A stretch of 33,613 bases of DNA from a virus. The stretch lies in the UHGV virus genome UHGV-0204359. One strand, 5' to 3'. Below, piece by piece: positions 7,718 to 16,221 of the stretch (the first letter of the stretch is position 1; the number at the start of each line of letters is the position of its first letter). A program made the position numbers and the translations under genes. The notes beneath the pieces are model-generated. The model searched no databases. It saw only the letters and a program-made list of their open reading frames with translations, and was not told the DNA's origin.

Positions 7718-9319
7718 ATGTTTGACAAGATTAAAAAGGCGGTGAGGAGTTGGATGCAGCGGACGGGCGCAGAAACAGGCATGTCAAAAGAGTTTAAAGA
7801 TATCTTCGAGGTCGGCGGGGTTCCGGCTTTTAACCAGTTTTATTACTTCGGAATTTTTGTTTGGAAGTACCTGTACAAAGGCTTTTATAAGGCGTGGCAC
7901 AGGGTAGCGGCTCCCACGATTGCAGACCCGAGGGCAAAGCGTGACATGGAGCGCATGGACATGGCAAAGGCCATCAGCGCAGAGCTGGCCGGGCTTATTT
8001 GGTCGGAGCAGTGCGAGGTACACGTATCCCAGGGAGACGGAGAGGCGCAGCCGCTCGAGGACTTTGTGCATGATGTCCTTGCAAAAAATAACTTTTGGAC
8101 AAAAATGCAGGAGCATATTGAGCAGTCCCTTGCGCTTGGTGGTGGCGCCGTCAAGGCATGGTATGAGGAGCGGCATGACAGCGAGGGCAATGTGGTCCCG
8201 GATTCCGGACAGATTAAACTGGGCTTTTGCATGGCAGACCAGTTTGTACCGACAGGCTGGGACAATGCCAAGGTATACGATGCGGTATTTATTGACCGCA
8301 AAGCAAAAGACGGGTACTACTACACCCGGCTTGAGTGGCATAAATGGGACGGTCTCACCTACTGGGTGAGCAATGAGCTGTATCGGGCGGATATGCCAAA
8401 AAAGGGCGATATATCAGAGCCGCAGGATATCCTGGGATTTCGGTATCCGCTGGAAACCATATACCCGTATCTCAATGACAGCACACCGCTTGAGGGATTA
8501 AGCACGTCACTGTTTGCGTACTACAGGCCAGCGATGGCAAACAACCTTGATGATAACTCCCCGCTGGGCGTGAGTATCTACGCAAATGCAATGGGTACGC
8601 TTAAGGCGCTGGATATTGCATTTGACAGTTTTGTACGGGAGTTTAAGCTGGGGCGTAAAAGGATCATCGTCCCGGCAAAGTGTATCCGCACAGTCATAGA
8701 GCCGGAGACGGGTATGCCACGGCGATACTTTGACACCTCTGATGAGGCATACGAGGCGCTGGCAACTGATGACATGGACAGCCTTAAGATCCAGGACAAC
8801 AGTGTTGAGCTCCGAGTTGACGAGCATGTATCCGCCATCAATGCTCTGCTGTCTATCCTGTGTTTGCAGGTTGGCTTTTCAGCTGGCACTTTTACCTTTG
8901 ATTCGGCGCAGGGTCTTAAGACTGCAACAGAGGTCATCAGCGAAAACTCTAAGACGTACAAGACCATCAAGGGGCACCAGTTGCAGGTTAAGGCAGCCAT
9001 CGACCAGATTGTAAACGCAATCATACAGGTAGCGGCCATCTACGATCTGCAATGGGAGGGCTACAGTATCCGGAGCCTTGCGGAGCGTGGCTGGGAGTGC
9101 AAAGTAATCTTTGACGATTCCATCTTGCAGGACAGACAGACCAATATTAACGAGGGCGTGTTGCTGGTCGGCAATGGACTTATGAGCAAAAAGCGGTTTA
9201 TGGTCGATACGCTTGGCATGACCGAGGACGAGGCAGACCGGGAGATCCGGCAGATTGCGGACGAGGGAGCCGTGAGCGGTAGCATACTGGACAAGCTGGA
9301 GATGGGCGGTGCTGAATAG
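7718..9319 (+). CDS. portal protein (A118/SPP1-like)
   Basis: 533 aa after terL; NN.D.NSPLG.SIYANA, GFS.GTFTFD..GLKTATEVISENSKTY. Confidence 0.92.
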   Translation: MFDKIKKAVRSWMQRTGAETGMSKEFKDIFEVGGVPAFNQFYYFGIFVWKYLYKGFYKAWHRVAAPTIADPRAKRDMERMDMAKAISAELAGLIWSEQCEVHVSQGDGEAQPLEDFVHDVLAKNNFWTKMQEHIEQSLALGGGAVKAWYEERHDSEGNVVPDSGQIKLGFCMADQFVPTGWDNAKVYDAVFIDRKAKDGYYYTRLEWHKWDGLTYWVSNELYRADMPKKGDISEPQDILGFRYPLETIYPYLNDSTPLEGLSTSLFAYYRPAMANNLDDNSPLGVSIYANAMGTLKALDIAFDSFVREFKLGRKRIIVPAKCIRTVIEPETGMPRRYFDTSDEAYEALATDDMDSLKIQDNSVELRVDEHVSAINALLSILCLQVGFSAGTFTFDSAQGLKTATEVISENSKTYKTIKGHQLQVKAAIDQIVNAIIQVAAIYDLQWEGYSIRSLAERGWECKVIFDDSILQDRQTNINEGVLLVGNGLMSKKRFMVDTLGMTEDEADREIRQIADEGAVSGSILDKLEMGGAE

Positions 9320-10509
9320 TGGCAAGGCTGGACAAGCTGACAGCGCTCCGGTTATCGGAGCCGGTAGAGGACGCATATCTGGAGTGTATCGACAGACTGA
9401 TCGCCAATATTGCAAAGCATTTAAGGACGGGCAAGGCATTCCGCACCGCTGACTGGGAGGTTCGCAAGCTTGCGGAGTTGGGACAGCTGACCGCCGAGAA
9501 TGCGCGGATTATCAACGAGGCTACTAAGCGAGTACCGATGGAGATCCGGCTTGCACTGGAGGAATCGTCAGCCATTGCACTGCGAGACCTGGAAAGCCTG
9601 ATAGATAAGGCCATCAAAGAGGGCGCAATCGAACAAGCCCCGGTAGATAGCACAGTAGAGCTCGTGGAGAGCATGATGTCACGGGCGATAGAGCAGGCCA
9701 ACCTTACAAATGCAACGCTTTTGGAATCTTCCCGCGCGGCATACCTCCGGGTGGTGAGCGAGGTGGTGCAGTGGGAGGAGTTTAATGTTGGCATACTAAG
9801 CAAGGCTTTTGTCAAAAACGTAGCCAATCAGGCGGCGATTGCTGTGGTGTCTGGTACAGAGACACGGACGCAGGCGCTTAAAAAGGCAATATCCCAGCTT
9901 GCGGAGCGTGGCCTGTTTGGGTTTGTGGATATCTCCGGGCGGCACTGGTCTCCGGAGGCGTATATGGGTATGGTGATAAGGACAACATCACACAACACAG
10001 CGATTGACTCCGTGCGTGTCAAACAGCAGGACTATAAGAGCGATATCTTCCAGGTGTCCCAGCACCCGGGAGCAAGACCGCTGTGCTATCCGTACCAAGG
10101 CAAGTTTTACAGCTGGAGCGGAGCGTCCGGCACATTTACGGACGGTAACGGCGTAAAGCACAGATACAGCGGGATACAGTCTACCAGCTACGGCAAGCCT
10201 GCCGGGCTGTTTGGGATTAACTGCGGACACTACCCACTTCCGCAGATCCCAAAAGTCACGATACCCCAGGATAAGCCAGAGCAGGATAAAAAAGAGAATG
10301 ATAGGCTGTACCGGGAATCCCAGCAACAGAGAGCCTACGAGCGGGATATCCGCAACGCAAAGCGCAAAAGGGAGGCATTTAAAGAGGCCGGTCTTGATGA
10401 CGCAGCGAAAGAGCAGGAGGCCGTCATAAGAGCCAGACAAGAGCGCATGAGGGAGTTTATCAAGCAGACCGGGCGTACAAGACGATACGACCGGGAACAA
10501 ATCAAATAA
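9319..10509 (+). CDS. minor capsid / head morphogenesis protein
   Basis: GRHWSPEAY, VSQHPGARPLC.PYQGK, GLFGINCGH, QRAYER.IR..KR, RR.DRE.I. Confidence 0.88.
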   Translation: MARLDKLTALRLSEPVEDAYLECIDRLIANIAKHLRTGKAFRTADWEVRKLAELGQLTAENARIINEATKRVPMEIRLALEESSAIALRDLESLIDKAIKEGAIEQAPVDSTVELVESMMSRAIEQANLTNATLLESSRAAYLRVVSEVVQWEEFNVGILSKAFVKNVANQAAIAVVSGTETRTQALKKAISQLAERGLFGFVDISGRHWSPEAYMGMVIRTTSHNTAIDSVRVKQQDYKSDIFQVSQHPGARPLCYPYQGKFYSWSGASGTFTDGNGVKHRYSGIQSTSYGKPAGLFGINCGHYPLPQIPKVTIPQDKPEQDKKENDRLYRESQQQRAYERDIRNAKRKREAFKEAGLDDAAKEQEAVIRARQERMREFIKQTGRTRRYDREQIK

Positions 10510-10519
10510 GGAGGGCAAT

Positions 10520-10747
10520 ATGGACTGTAAACATGAGTTTGAGGGACGGGCTGACGGAGTGCACTGCATTAAGTGTGGTCTGTTTCTGACCCCGGAAGAG
10601 TACCGGGAACACATAGTAAACGGAAAGGAGGAGGAAAAGAGTGAACGAGTATCAGAAGCTGATAGCGTACATGAAGATTCTGGTGCAGAATCTGATGACA
10701 CTGCACCGGAACCTAAGAAAAGACGCCGCGTGGTTCGCAAATCATAA
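10520..10747 (+). CDS. small Cys/His-containing protein with acidic then basic tail
   Basis: RBS AAGGAGG; MDCKHEF...HCIKCG; overlaps the next gene by 107 nt. Confidence 0.6.
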   Translation: MDCKHEFEGRADGVHCIKCGLFLTPEEYREHIVNGKEEEKSERVSEADSVHEDSGAESDDTAPEPKKRRRVVRKS

Positions 10748-11081
10748 GCAGCTTGGAAAGTGGTACGAGACCATGAGCGAGCAGGTCGATGACCTTGCAG
10801 AGATGGGGATCGCCCTTGGATACCGTGAGCCGAGCATATCAGACGCAGTGCTGACATACTCCAGCACCGTATTGAGTACGGAGCCGCGGGAGCTTACCGA
10901 GAGTTTTAGATTGTGCATGGAATATTTTAGAACAACCGCCGGGCTCATGCAGGCGGCGGAAGCAGTTGTACCTGTAAGCGTTCAGAACCGGCTCCAGGAT
11001 TACGAATACTACTGGAACAAAGAAGCCAACTTTAAGTTGGCCGCGGCCCTTGGTGATGGGTCAGACATTGACGACGATTAA
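10641..11081 (+). CDS. Dps/ferritin-like protein
   Basis: LHRN......WFANHKQL..WYE.....VDDLAE...ALG; H35-D50-E54 spacing matches Dps ferroxidase ligands; GTG start after GGAGGAGG. Confidence 0.75.
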   Translation: MNEYQKLIAYMKILVQNLMTLHRNLRKDAAWFANHKQLGKWYETMSEQVDDLAEMGIALGYREPSISDAVLTYSSTVLSTEPRELTESFRLCMEYFRTTAGLMQAAEAVVPVSVQNRLQDYEYYWNKEANFKLAAALGDGSDIDDD

Positions 11082-11139
11082 GGAGGTGATCCTTTATCTC
11101 CCGGCTATGGGGTTATATAGCAACGCAGTATATTGAGAC

Positions 11140-11163
11140 GCACTCCTCCGGGGGTGCTTTTTT
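11140..11163 (+). terminator. intrinsic terminator upstream of the scaffold gene
   Basis: GCACTCC-TCCG-GGGGTGC followed by T6. Confidence 0.7.
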
Positions 11164-11268
11164 ATCGCCCCTGTGACAAGGCGTTAAACTGTGCCGCAAA
11201 TCGTGGCAGTCCGCAGCCGTACCGTGCGGGCAATTCGCAGCGACGAGCGATATCGGAAGGAGGCCAAT

Positions 11269-11751
11269 ATGGCATTTACACGCAAGACATTAACAGGATA
11301 TGGACTGACGGAGGAGCAGCTGGAGAAAGTCATGACGTTATACTCCACCAGTCTGGCAGACTACATCCCCAAAGCAGATATGCAGGAAAAGATTAACGAG
11401 GAGGTTAAAAAAGCCGCCGAGAATCAACCGCCTGTAGATGTGACACAGTCGGACGAGTATAAAAAGCTTCAGAGCGAGCGTGACATGCTCCGCGCCCTTG
11501 GCACTGATGACTTCTCCGGCATTAAACCCAAATTCCGCGAAACTGTGTATAACATGCTCAACCGCGAGGATGGCGCGCCGAGCGTTGAGGAGCAGTTAAA
11601 AAAGGTAGCGGAGGACTACGAAGAGTACTTTGAGCCGACCACAAGCGAGCCGGGAAAAACCCCGCAGTTTGGCGCGGGCGTATCCGGCACCATGCCGAAA
11701 GGTCAGGAAAAGACCACGGTAGATGGTATCTGGTTCGGCAGCAAAAAGTAG
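11269..11751 (+). CDS. head scaffolding protein (GP20-like)
   Basis: RBS AAGGAGG then MAFTRKTLTGYGLTEEQLEKVM; acidic, helical, immediately before the major capsid gene. Confidence 0.8.
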   Translation: MAFTRKTLTGYGLTEEQLEKVMTLYSTSLADYIPKADMQEKINEEVKKAAENQPPVDVTQSDEYKKLQSERDMLRALGTDDFSGIKPKFRETVYNMLNREDGAPSVEEQLKKVAEDYEEYFEPTTSEPGKTPQFGAGVSGTMPKGQEKTTVDGIWFGSKK

Positions 11752-11766
11752 GAAAGGAAAGAAGAT

Positions 11767-12954
11767 ATGGCATTCGAACAGCAGACACTTAACTACACAA
11801 CTGAATATAGCAAGGCGATGGCCAACGCTTACCCGCATTGGTCTTACTTTTCTGACCTGTACGGCAGCCCGAACAGTGCGACCTATAAGCCCATTGGCGG
11901 TAAGTCTGTAGCTGTCCAGAGCATGACCGTAGGCGGAGCGCGAGCTGTCAACAGAGATAGCATTGACGGCAGCTTTAAGCGCAACTTTAACACGGACGAT
12001 CAGATCCTCACCATGAGCATGGATCGCGAGTGGGATACACTGGTTGACCCGATGGATATCCAGGAGGACGCAATCGTTACCCTGGCAAACATCACACAGA
12101 CCTTCAACCAGTTCCAGAAGATCCCGGAGCAGGACGCTTATGCAGCTTCCAAGCTGGCGGCAGCAGCTTCCGCGTTTGGCAGCGTGGACGCTACAACGCT
12201 GACCGCGGACAATATCCTGACAACATGGGACTCCTACCTTGCGTACATGGTAGACCAGAGAGTTCCGAGAGACCAGATCCGCGCAAAGATCACCCCGGAC
12301 GCTTACAAGCTGCTCAAGGAGGCGGCTGGTATCACCAGATTTGTGGAGGCTGACACAGGTATCCGCAACATTGACCGCAATGTTGGCAAACTGGACGGCG
12401 TATCTATCATGGAGGTGCCGTCCGATGTGCTTATGACTGCGTATGACTTTACTGTGGGCTGGACACCTGCGGAAAATGCACAGCAGACCAATCTGCTGAT
12501 GTACAACCCGGCTTCCATCGCTGCCCCGGTGGTATACGATGTATCCATGATGTCCGCACCGACCGCGCAGAGCAAGGGCAAGTGGCTGTACTACGAGCGT
12601 TATTACTACGATATATTTGCGCTCAATCAGAGACTTCCGGGTATCTTTGCCAACATCGCGGCTCTTCCGACCATCGGCACGCTGACATTTACCACCAGCG
12701 CAGGAGCAGACAGCACCCACACAGTGCTCAATCTTCCGGCGGCTCCGTACGGCATGAAGTACGTAGCTAAGGACGGTACAGGCGCAGAGACTGTGACCTA
12801 TGGCCAGAAGCTCACAAGCGGCTGGACTGATGTTAAGAACGGTGACGCTATTACCACCGCAACAGGCCACGTTGTCACAGTGGCACTGGTCAACGCTACC
12901 AAGGGCAATGCAGCTACCGCAGCAGGCAGCGCGTCCGCAGTAGTAGGCGGCTGA
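11767..12954 (+). CDS. major capsid protein with C-terminal beta-rich (Ig-like) extension
   Basis: Position after scaffold; DREW.TLVDPMDI, IPEQDAY..SKL, KWLYYERYYYD.F; last ~95 aa are a Thr/Ala/Gly-rich beta domain. Confidence 0.9.
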   Translation: MAFEQQTLNYTTEYSKAMANAYPHWSYFSDLYGSPNSATYKPIGGKSVAVQSMTVGGARAVNRDSIDGSFKRNFNTDDQILTMSMDREWDTLVDPMDIQEDAIVTLANITQTFNQFQKIPEQDAYAASKLAAAASAFGSVDATTLTADNILTTWDSYLAYMVDQRVPRDQIRAKITPDAYKLLKEAAGITRFVEADTGIRNIDRNVGKLDGVSIMEVPSDVLMTAYDFTVGWTPAENAQQTNLLMYNPASIAAPVVYDVSMMSAPTAQSKGKWLYYERYYYDIFALNQRLPGIFANIAALPTIGTLTFTTSAGADSTHTVLNLPAAPYGMKYVAKDGTGAETVTYGQKLTSGWTDVKNGDAITTATGHVVTVALVNATKGNAATAAGSASAVVGG

Positions 12955-12969
12955 TAAGGAGGGAGAGTC

Positions 12970-13389
12970 ATGGCGTACATTGATTATAACGGATATCTTG
13001 CAATCTACGGCACTTGCCCGCTGACAGAAGAGGAGTTCCCGGTGTACGCCGAGCTTGCCAGTGACTTAATAGACAGTGTGACACGGTATAAGATTCAGCG
13101 GGGCGGCTTGTCCGCCCTGCCTGCTTATACACAGACACTTGTCAAAAAGGCAACTGCGGCTCAAATCCTGTACACCTATCAGTATGGCATGGAATCAACC
13201 ATGACCGGACAGGCAGGCCAAGGCTTTACGGTCGGCAAGGTACACGTAGACAGCGGCAAGACAGAGCAGACCGCAGCACAGATGATGATAAGCCCGGCGG
13301 TATCCGTATATCTGGAGCAGTCAGGGCTCATGGAGAGGAGCGTCGAATGCTTAGACCAATACCGCAGCAGCTACTTAGGAGTGTGGTGA
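12970..13389 (+). CDS. head-tail connector protein
   Basis: AYIDY..Y...AS.LID..T...VKKA..AQ...S.....YL.QSGL; position after the capsid gene. Confidence 0.8.
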   Translation: MAYIDYNGYLAIYGTCPLTEEEFPVYAELASDLIDSVTRYKIQRGGLSALPAYTQTLVKKATAAQILYTYQYGMESTMTGQAGQGFTVGKVHVDSGKTEQTAAQMMISPAVSVYLEQSGLMERSVECLDQYRSSYLGVW

Positions 13390-13733
13390 CGCTTAAGGTC
13401 TGCACAGCTATGGACGAGTGGCAGACTCCCACATGGGAGGAGTACACAGTTAAGAGGGTACACTTGCAGGACACAAACGAGATTCGGAAAACGGTAAACA
13501 ATACCGAGGTGACGCTGTCATCTATCCTGTTTGTCGATTCCCGGCTGTCCACGCCACAGCTTGACTACCAGGCGTTACTTGCACAGAGTTTGGAGGCCGG
13601 GAAGCCCATGCGGGCGGTGATTGAAAACCCTGGCGGAAAGGCATTGAGCGAGTACGAGGTACTGACGGTTGACCTTGTGCCGGATGCTTGCGACGGCTCA
13701 AAAATCCATCACATCGAATTGGGGCTGGTTTAA
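13347..13733 (+). CDS. head closure / neck protein
   Basis: MLRPIP..LL...IHHIELGLV; neck-module synteny. Confidence 0.75.
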   Translation: MLRPIPQQLLRSVVTLKVCTAMDEWQTPTWEEYTVKRVHLQDTNEIRKTVNNTEVTLSSILFVDSRLSTPQLDYQALLAQSLEAGKPMRAVIENPGGKALSEYEVLTVDLVPDACDGSKIHHIELGLV

Positions 13734-14098
13734 TGGCTATAGAGGTTAAGACAGACAGAGCCGCATGGGCGGCAGCACTGGAAAGAGCGAGCAAGGCCGC
13801 CACGGAAGCCCTTGCAATCCAGATCAAGAATGACAGCCTGGACTATGTACCTGATGATGGTGAGCATATCCTTCGGGATTCCTGCCAGATCGAGGACACC
13901 GAGGACGGGAAGGATCTTGTCTGGCGTGGCGTGTATGCCGGATACCAGTGGTTTGGCGCAAGAGCAGACGGCAGCCACCAGGTCAAGCACTACACTACGC
14001 CGGGCACTGGTAGCGCATGGGTCGATAAGGCCAAGGACGCGCACGGGGAAGAGTGGCAAAAAGTTGCACAAAACGCATTTACGGAGGCGCTTACATGA
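13733..14098 (+). CDS. neck protein (HK97 gp10-like)
   Basis: YVP.D....L..S...YA.YQW.G...YTTPGTG..W...AK; ATG 13733 overlaps the previous TAA. Confidence 0.75.
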   Translation: MAIEVKTDRAAWAAALERASKAATEALAIQIKNDSLDYVPDDGEHILRDSCQIEDTEDGKDLVWRGVYAGYQWFGARADGSHQVKHYTTPGTGSAWVDKAKDAHGEEWQKVAQNAFTEALT

Positions 14099-14487
14099 GA
14101 GATGGAATCATCGAGTCAGTTCAGCAGATGGTACAAGCAATCACCGGGAAAAGGGTGGTAATCGGGTCAGTGCCTCCGCTTGACGGCTACGCTGTCAGCA
14201 TGGCGGGCGGTTCACTGATTGCCACATTCCGACCGCTGACAACAAACGAATCATTCCCGGTGCTTTTTAACGGCAAGGGCGATGATTTGCACACTGTAAT
14301 GGCTGATATGGAGCGGGCACACCACGCACTTACAACGTCCAAAGCCCTCCCGTATTCGGAGGACTGGCAGATTTACGCAATAGAGACAACCGCCGCCCCG
14401 AGCGTTATCGGGCGCGAAGAAAACCGGAACTGGGTGCTGGGCTCCAGCCTCCGGGTGAAGTTTTACAACAAGAAAGGAGCAGTATAA
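14095..14487 (+). CDS. tail completion / terminator protein
   Basis: ATG 14095 after GGAGG; lies between the neck genes and the major tail gene. Confidence 0.7.
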   Translation: MRDGIIESVQQMVQAITGKRVVIGSVPPLDGYAVSMAGGSLIATFRPLTTNESFPVLFNGKGDDLHTVMADMERAHHALTTSKALPYSEDWQIYAIETTAAPSVIGREENRNWVLGSSLRVKFYNKKGAV

Positions 14488-15227
14488 TGGCAGATAACTT
14501 TTTACTTGTAGCGCATGGCATCCAGTGCGAGATTGACACCACGCCGAACGGACAGCAGCGCACATGGGAGCCGTTTGGAGAGGGCATTGAGAACTTTTCC
14601 GAAGCGCTTAATGAGGTAGTACAGCAGTACTTTTTCTTTTCCAATAAGGGCTACGCCAGCAACTACGTGACGGGCATGGCTCCGGCCTACACCTGCACAG
14701 GCCGCAGAATCATCGGAGACCCCGCACAGGATTACATCTTCGACGCTGCGAGAAAGTACGGTCTGATGGTCGAGCGGAACACCAACTTCCGGATCTCCGT
14801 AGGCAATGCAGACGGCACGATTAACCAGATCACGTGCCCGATTACGCTGGCCAACATGACAGACCTGGGCGGAGGCACCACGGACGGCTCCGCGGTATCC
14901 TTTGAGGTACGCTTTAACGGCAAGCCGACCCTTACAACCATCACACCGGGGGCGGCCCTTGAGGTTAAGTCCGTAGCTGGCACAGCAACCGGGGACACAG
15001 CGCTGTCCGTAGTACCGGAGCAGGCGGCGGCTGGCTGTAAGTATGTATGGGCATACGGCTCTGTAGCACCGACCGCAACAGTCGGCAGCGTACTGACTGG
15101 CTGGAATGACTTTACCGCCGGAGATTACACCGTGCCCAACGGCAACATTGTAACCGTGGCGATGGTCAACACGTCCACCAGTGTAGTAGTAGCAACCGGA
15201 CAGGCTACCGTAGTAGCCAAGCAGTAA
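14487..15227 (+). CDS. major tail tube protein with C-terminal beta-rich (Ig-like) domain
   Basis: GIEN.SEALNE...QY.F...G.A...VTG......TG.R..GDPAQDYI, F...FNGKP; ~95-aa C-terminal extension. Confidence 0.85.
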   Translation: MADNFLLVAHGIQCEIDTTPNGQQRTWEPFGEGIENFSEALNEVVQQYFFFSNKGYASNYVTGMAPAYTCTGRRIIGDPAQDYIFDAARKYGLMVERNTNFRISVGNADGTINQITCPITLANMTDLGGGTTDGSAVSFEVRFNGKPTLTTITPGAALEVKSVAGTATGDTALSVVPEQAAAGCKYVWAYGSVAPTATVGSVLTGWNDFTAGDYTVPNGNIVTVAMVNTSTSVVVATGQATVVAKQ

Positions 15228-15244
15228 AAAAAGGAGGAAATGGA

Positions 15245-15655
15245 ATGTATACAGTACAGCGCAAACAGACCATAAACGACGAGCTGGTTATTAACGATTC
15301 AAAAGGCGATGAGGCTCTGCGTCTCCCCGTCAAACTCTATATAGATGACATTCTGGCACAGTACAACCGCCTCCGGGCAATGCTGGGCGAGGCACAGCAC
15401 AATTTGCAGACCAACCCCACCGATGAGGTGGCACTGACATCATACGGCCTTGTATTGACCGAGTTTTTTAGCCTAATCTTCGGGCGGGCGGGCTGTGATA
15501 AGCTGCTGGCTTTTTACGGCGACAATGACCCGGACAAGTGCCGGTGGACGGAAATGCTTATGGACGTAGCCCCGTTTGTGGCTGACGTAATCAATCCCCA
15601 GGTTCAGGCAGCAATGAGAGAGCGGGCGGAGAGATTCCGCCGGATGAGCCGATGA
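15245..15655 (+). CDS. tail assembly chaperone (putative)
   Basis: Between major tail and tape measure genes; RBS AAGGAGG. Confidence 0.7.
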   Translation: MYTVQRKQTINDELVINDSKGDEALRLPVKLYIDDILAQYNRLRAMLGEAQHNLQTNPTDEVALTSYGLVLTEFFSLIFGRAGCDKLLAFYGDNDPDKCRWTEMLMDVAPFVADVINPQVQAAMRERAERFRRMSR

Positions 15656-16215
15656 GACTGTACGAGCGGGAGAAAGATACGGTTGAGCATTGCGGAAAGA
15701 CCTACAAGCTTAATCTTGGCTGGCAAAATGTACTTGCGTCACTGGACGCGCTGGACGATCCGGAGCTGTCCGAGAAAATCAAGGTTGAGGTTGCGCTTGC
15801 AAACTTAATCATAGGCAAGCACCCAGACGATTCGAAATTGCTGGAAAAAGTGATAAAGACCATTTTCCCAGACACCAAAAAAAACAGCGGTGAGCCTGTC
15901 ATTGACTTTGAGCAGGATTCTCCGCTGATTTTTTCGGCTTTTTTGCAGGCGTACCGGATAAATTTGCACACTGACGCGCTCACATGGCGGGAGTTTACGG
16001 AGCTTTTGCAGGGTGTTCCACGTGGTACACGCCTTGCAGACCGGATCGAGATCCGGCAAAGGGAAATCCCAGAGCCTACCAAGTACAACGCAAAAGAGCG
16101 GGCGGCGCTTATCAAGGCAAAGGCCGAGGTGGCGATAAAAAAGACCCCAGGCCAAAAAGAAAAGGCACTCCGGGGCTTGTACTCTATGCTGGAAGCACAG
16201 GCAAAAGGCAGGTGA
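15652..16215 (+). CDS. A118 Gp15-like tail assembly protein
   Basis: DFEQD...I.SAFLQ.Y.I.L....L.W.EF..LL.G....T.L...IEIR. Confidence 0.8.
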   Translation: MRLYEREKDTVEHCGKTYKLNLGWQNVLASLDALDDPELSEKIKVEVALANLIIGKHPDDSKLLEKVIKTIFPDTKKNSGEPVIDFEQDSPLIFSAFLQAYRINLHTDALTWREFTELLQGVPRGTRLADRIEIRQREIPEPTKYNAKERAALIKAKAEVAIKKTPGQKEKALRGLYSMLEAQAKGR

Positions 16216-16221
16216 TGATAT

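Noticed and set aside
11596..12870. 424-aa minus-strand ORF, and similar long antisense ORFs at 9988-10857, 15702-16553, 16920-17582, 22127-22831
   Set aside because: Shadow ORFs opposite well-supported structural genes, with no recognisable motifs.
15245..16215. Programmed -1 frameshift between tail chaperone genes
   Set aside because: No clear slippery heptamer near the end of the first gene; the genes overlap by ATGA, so translational coupling explains the arrangement.
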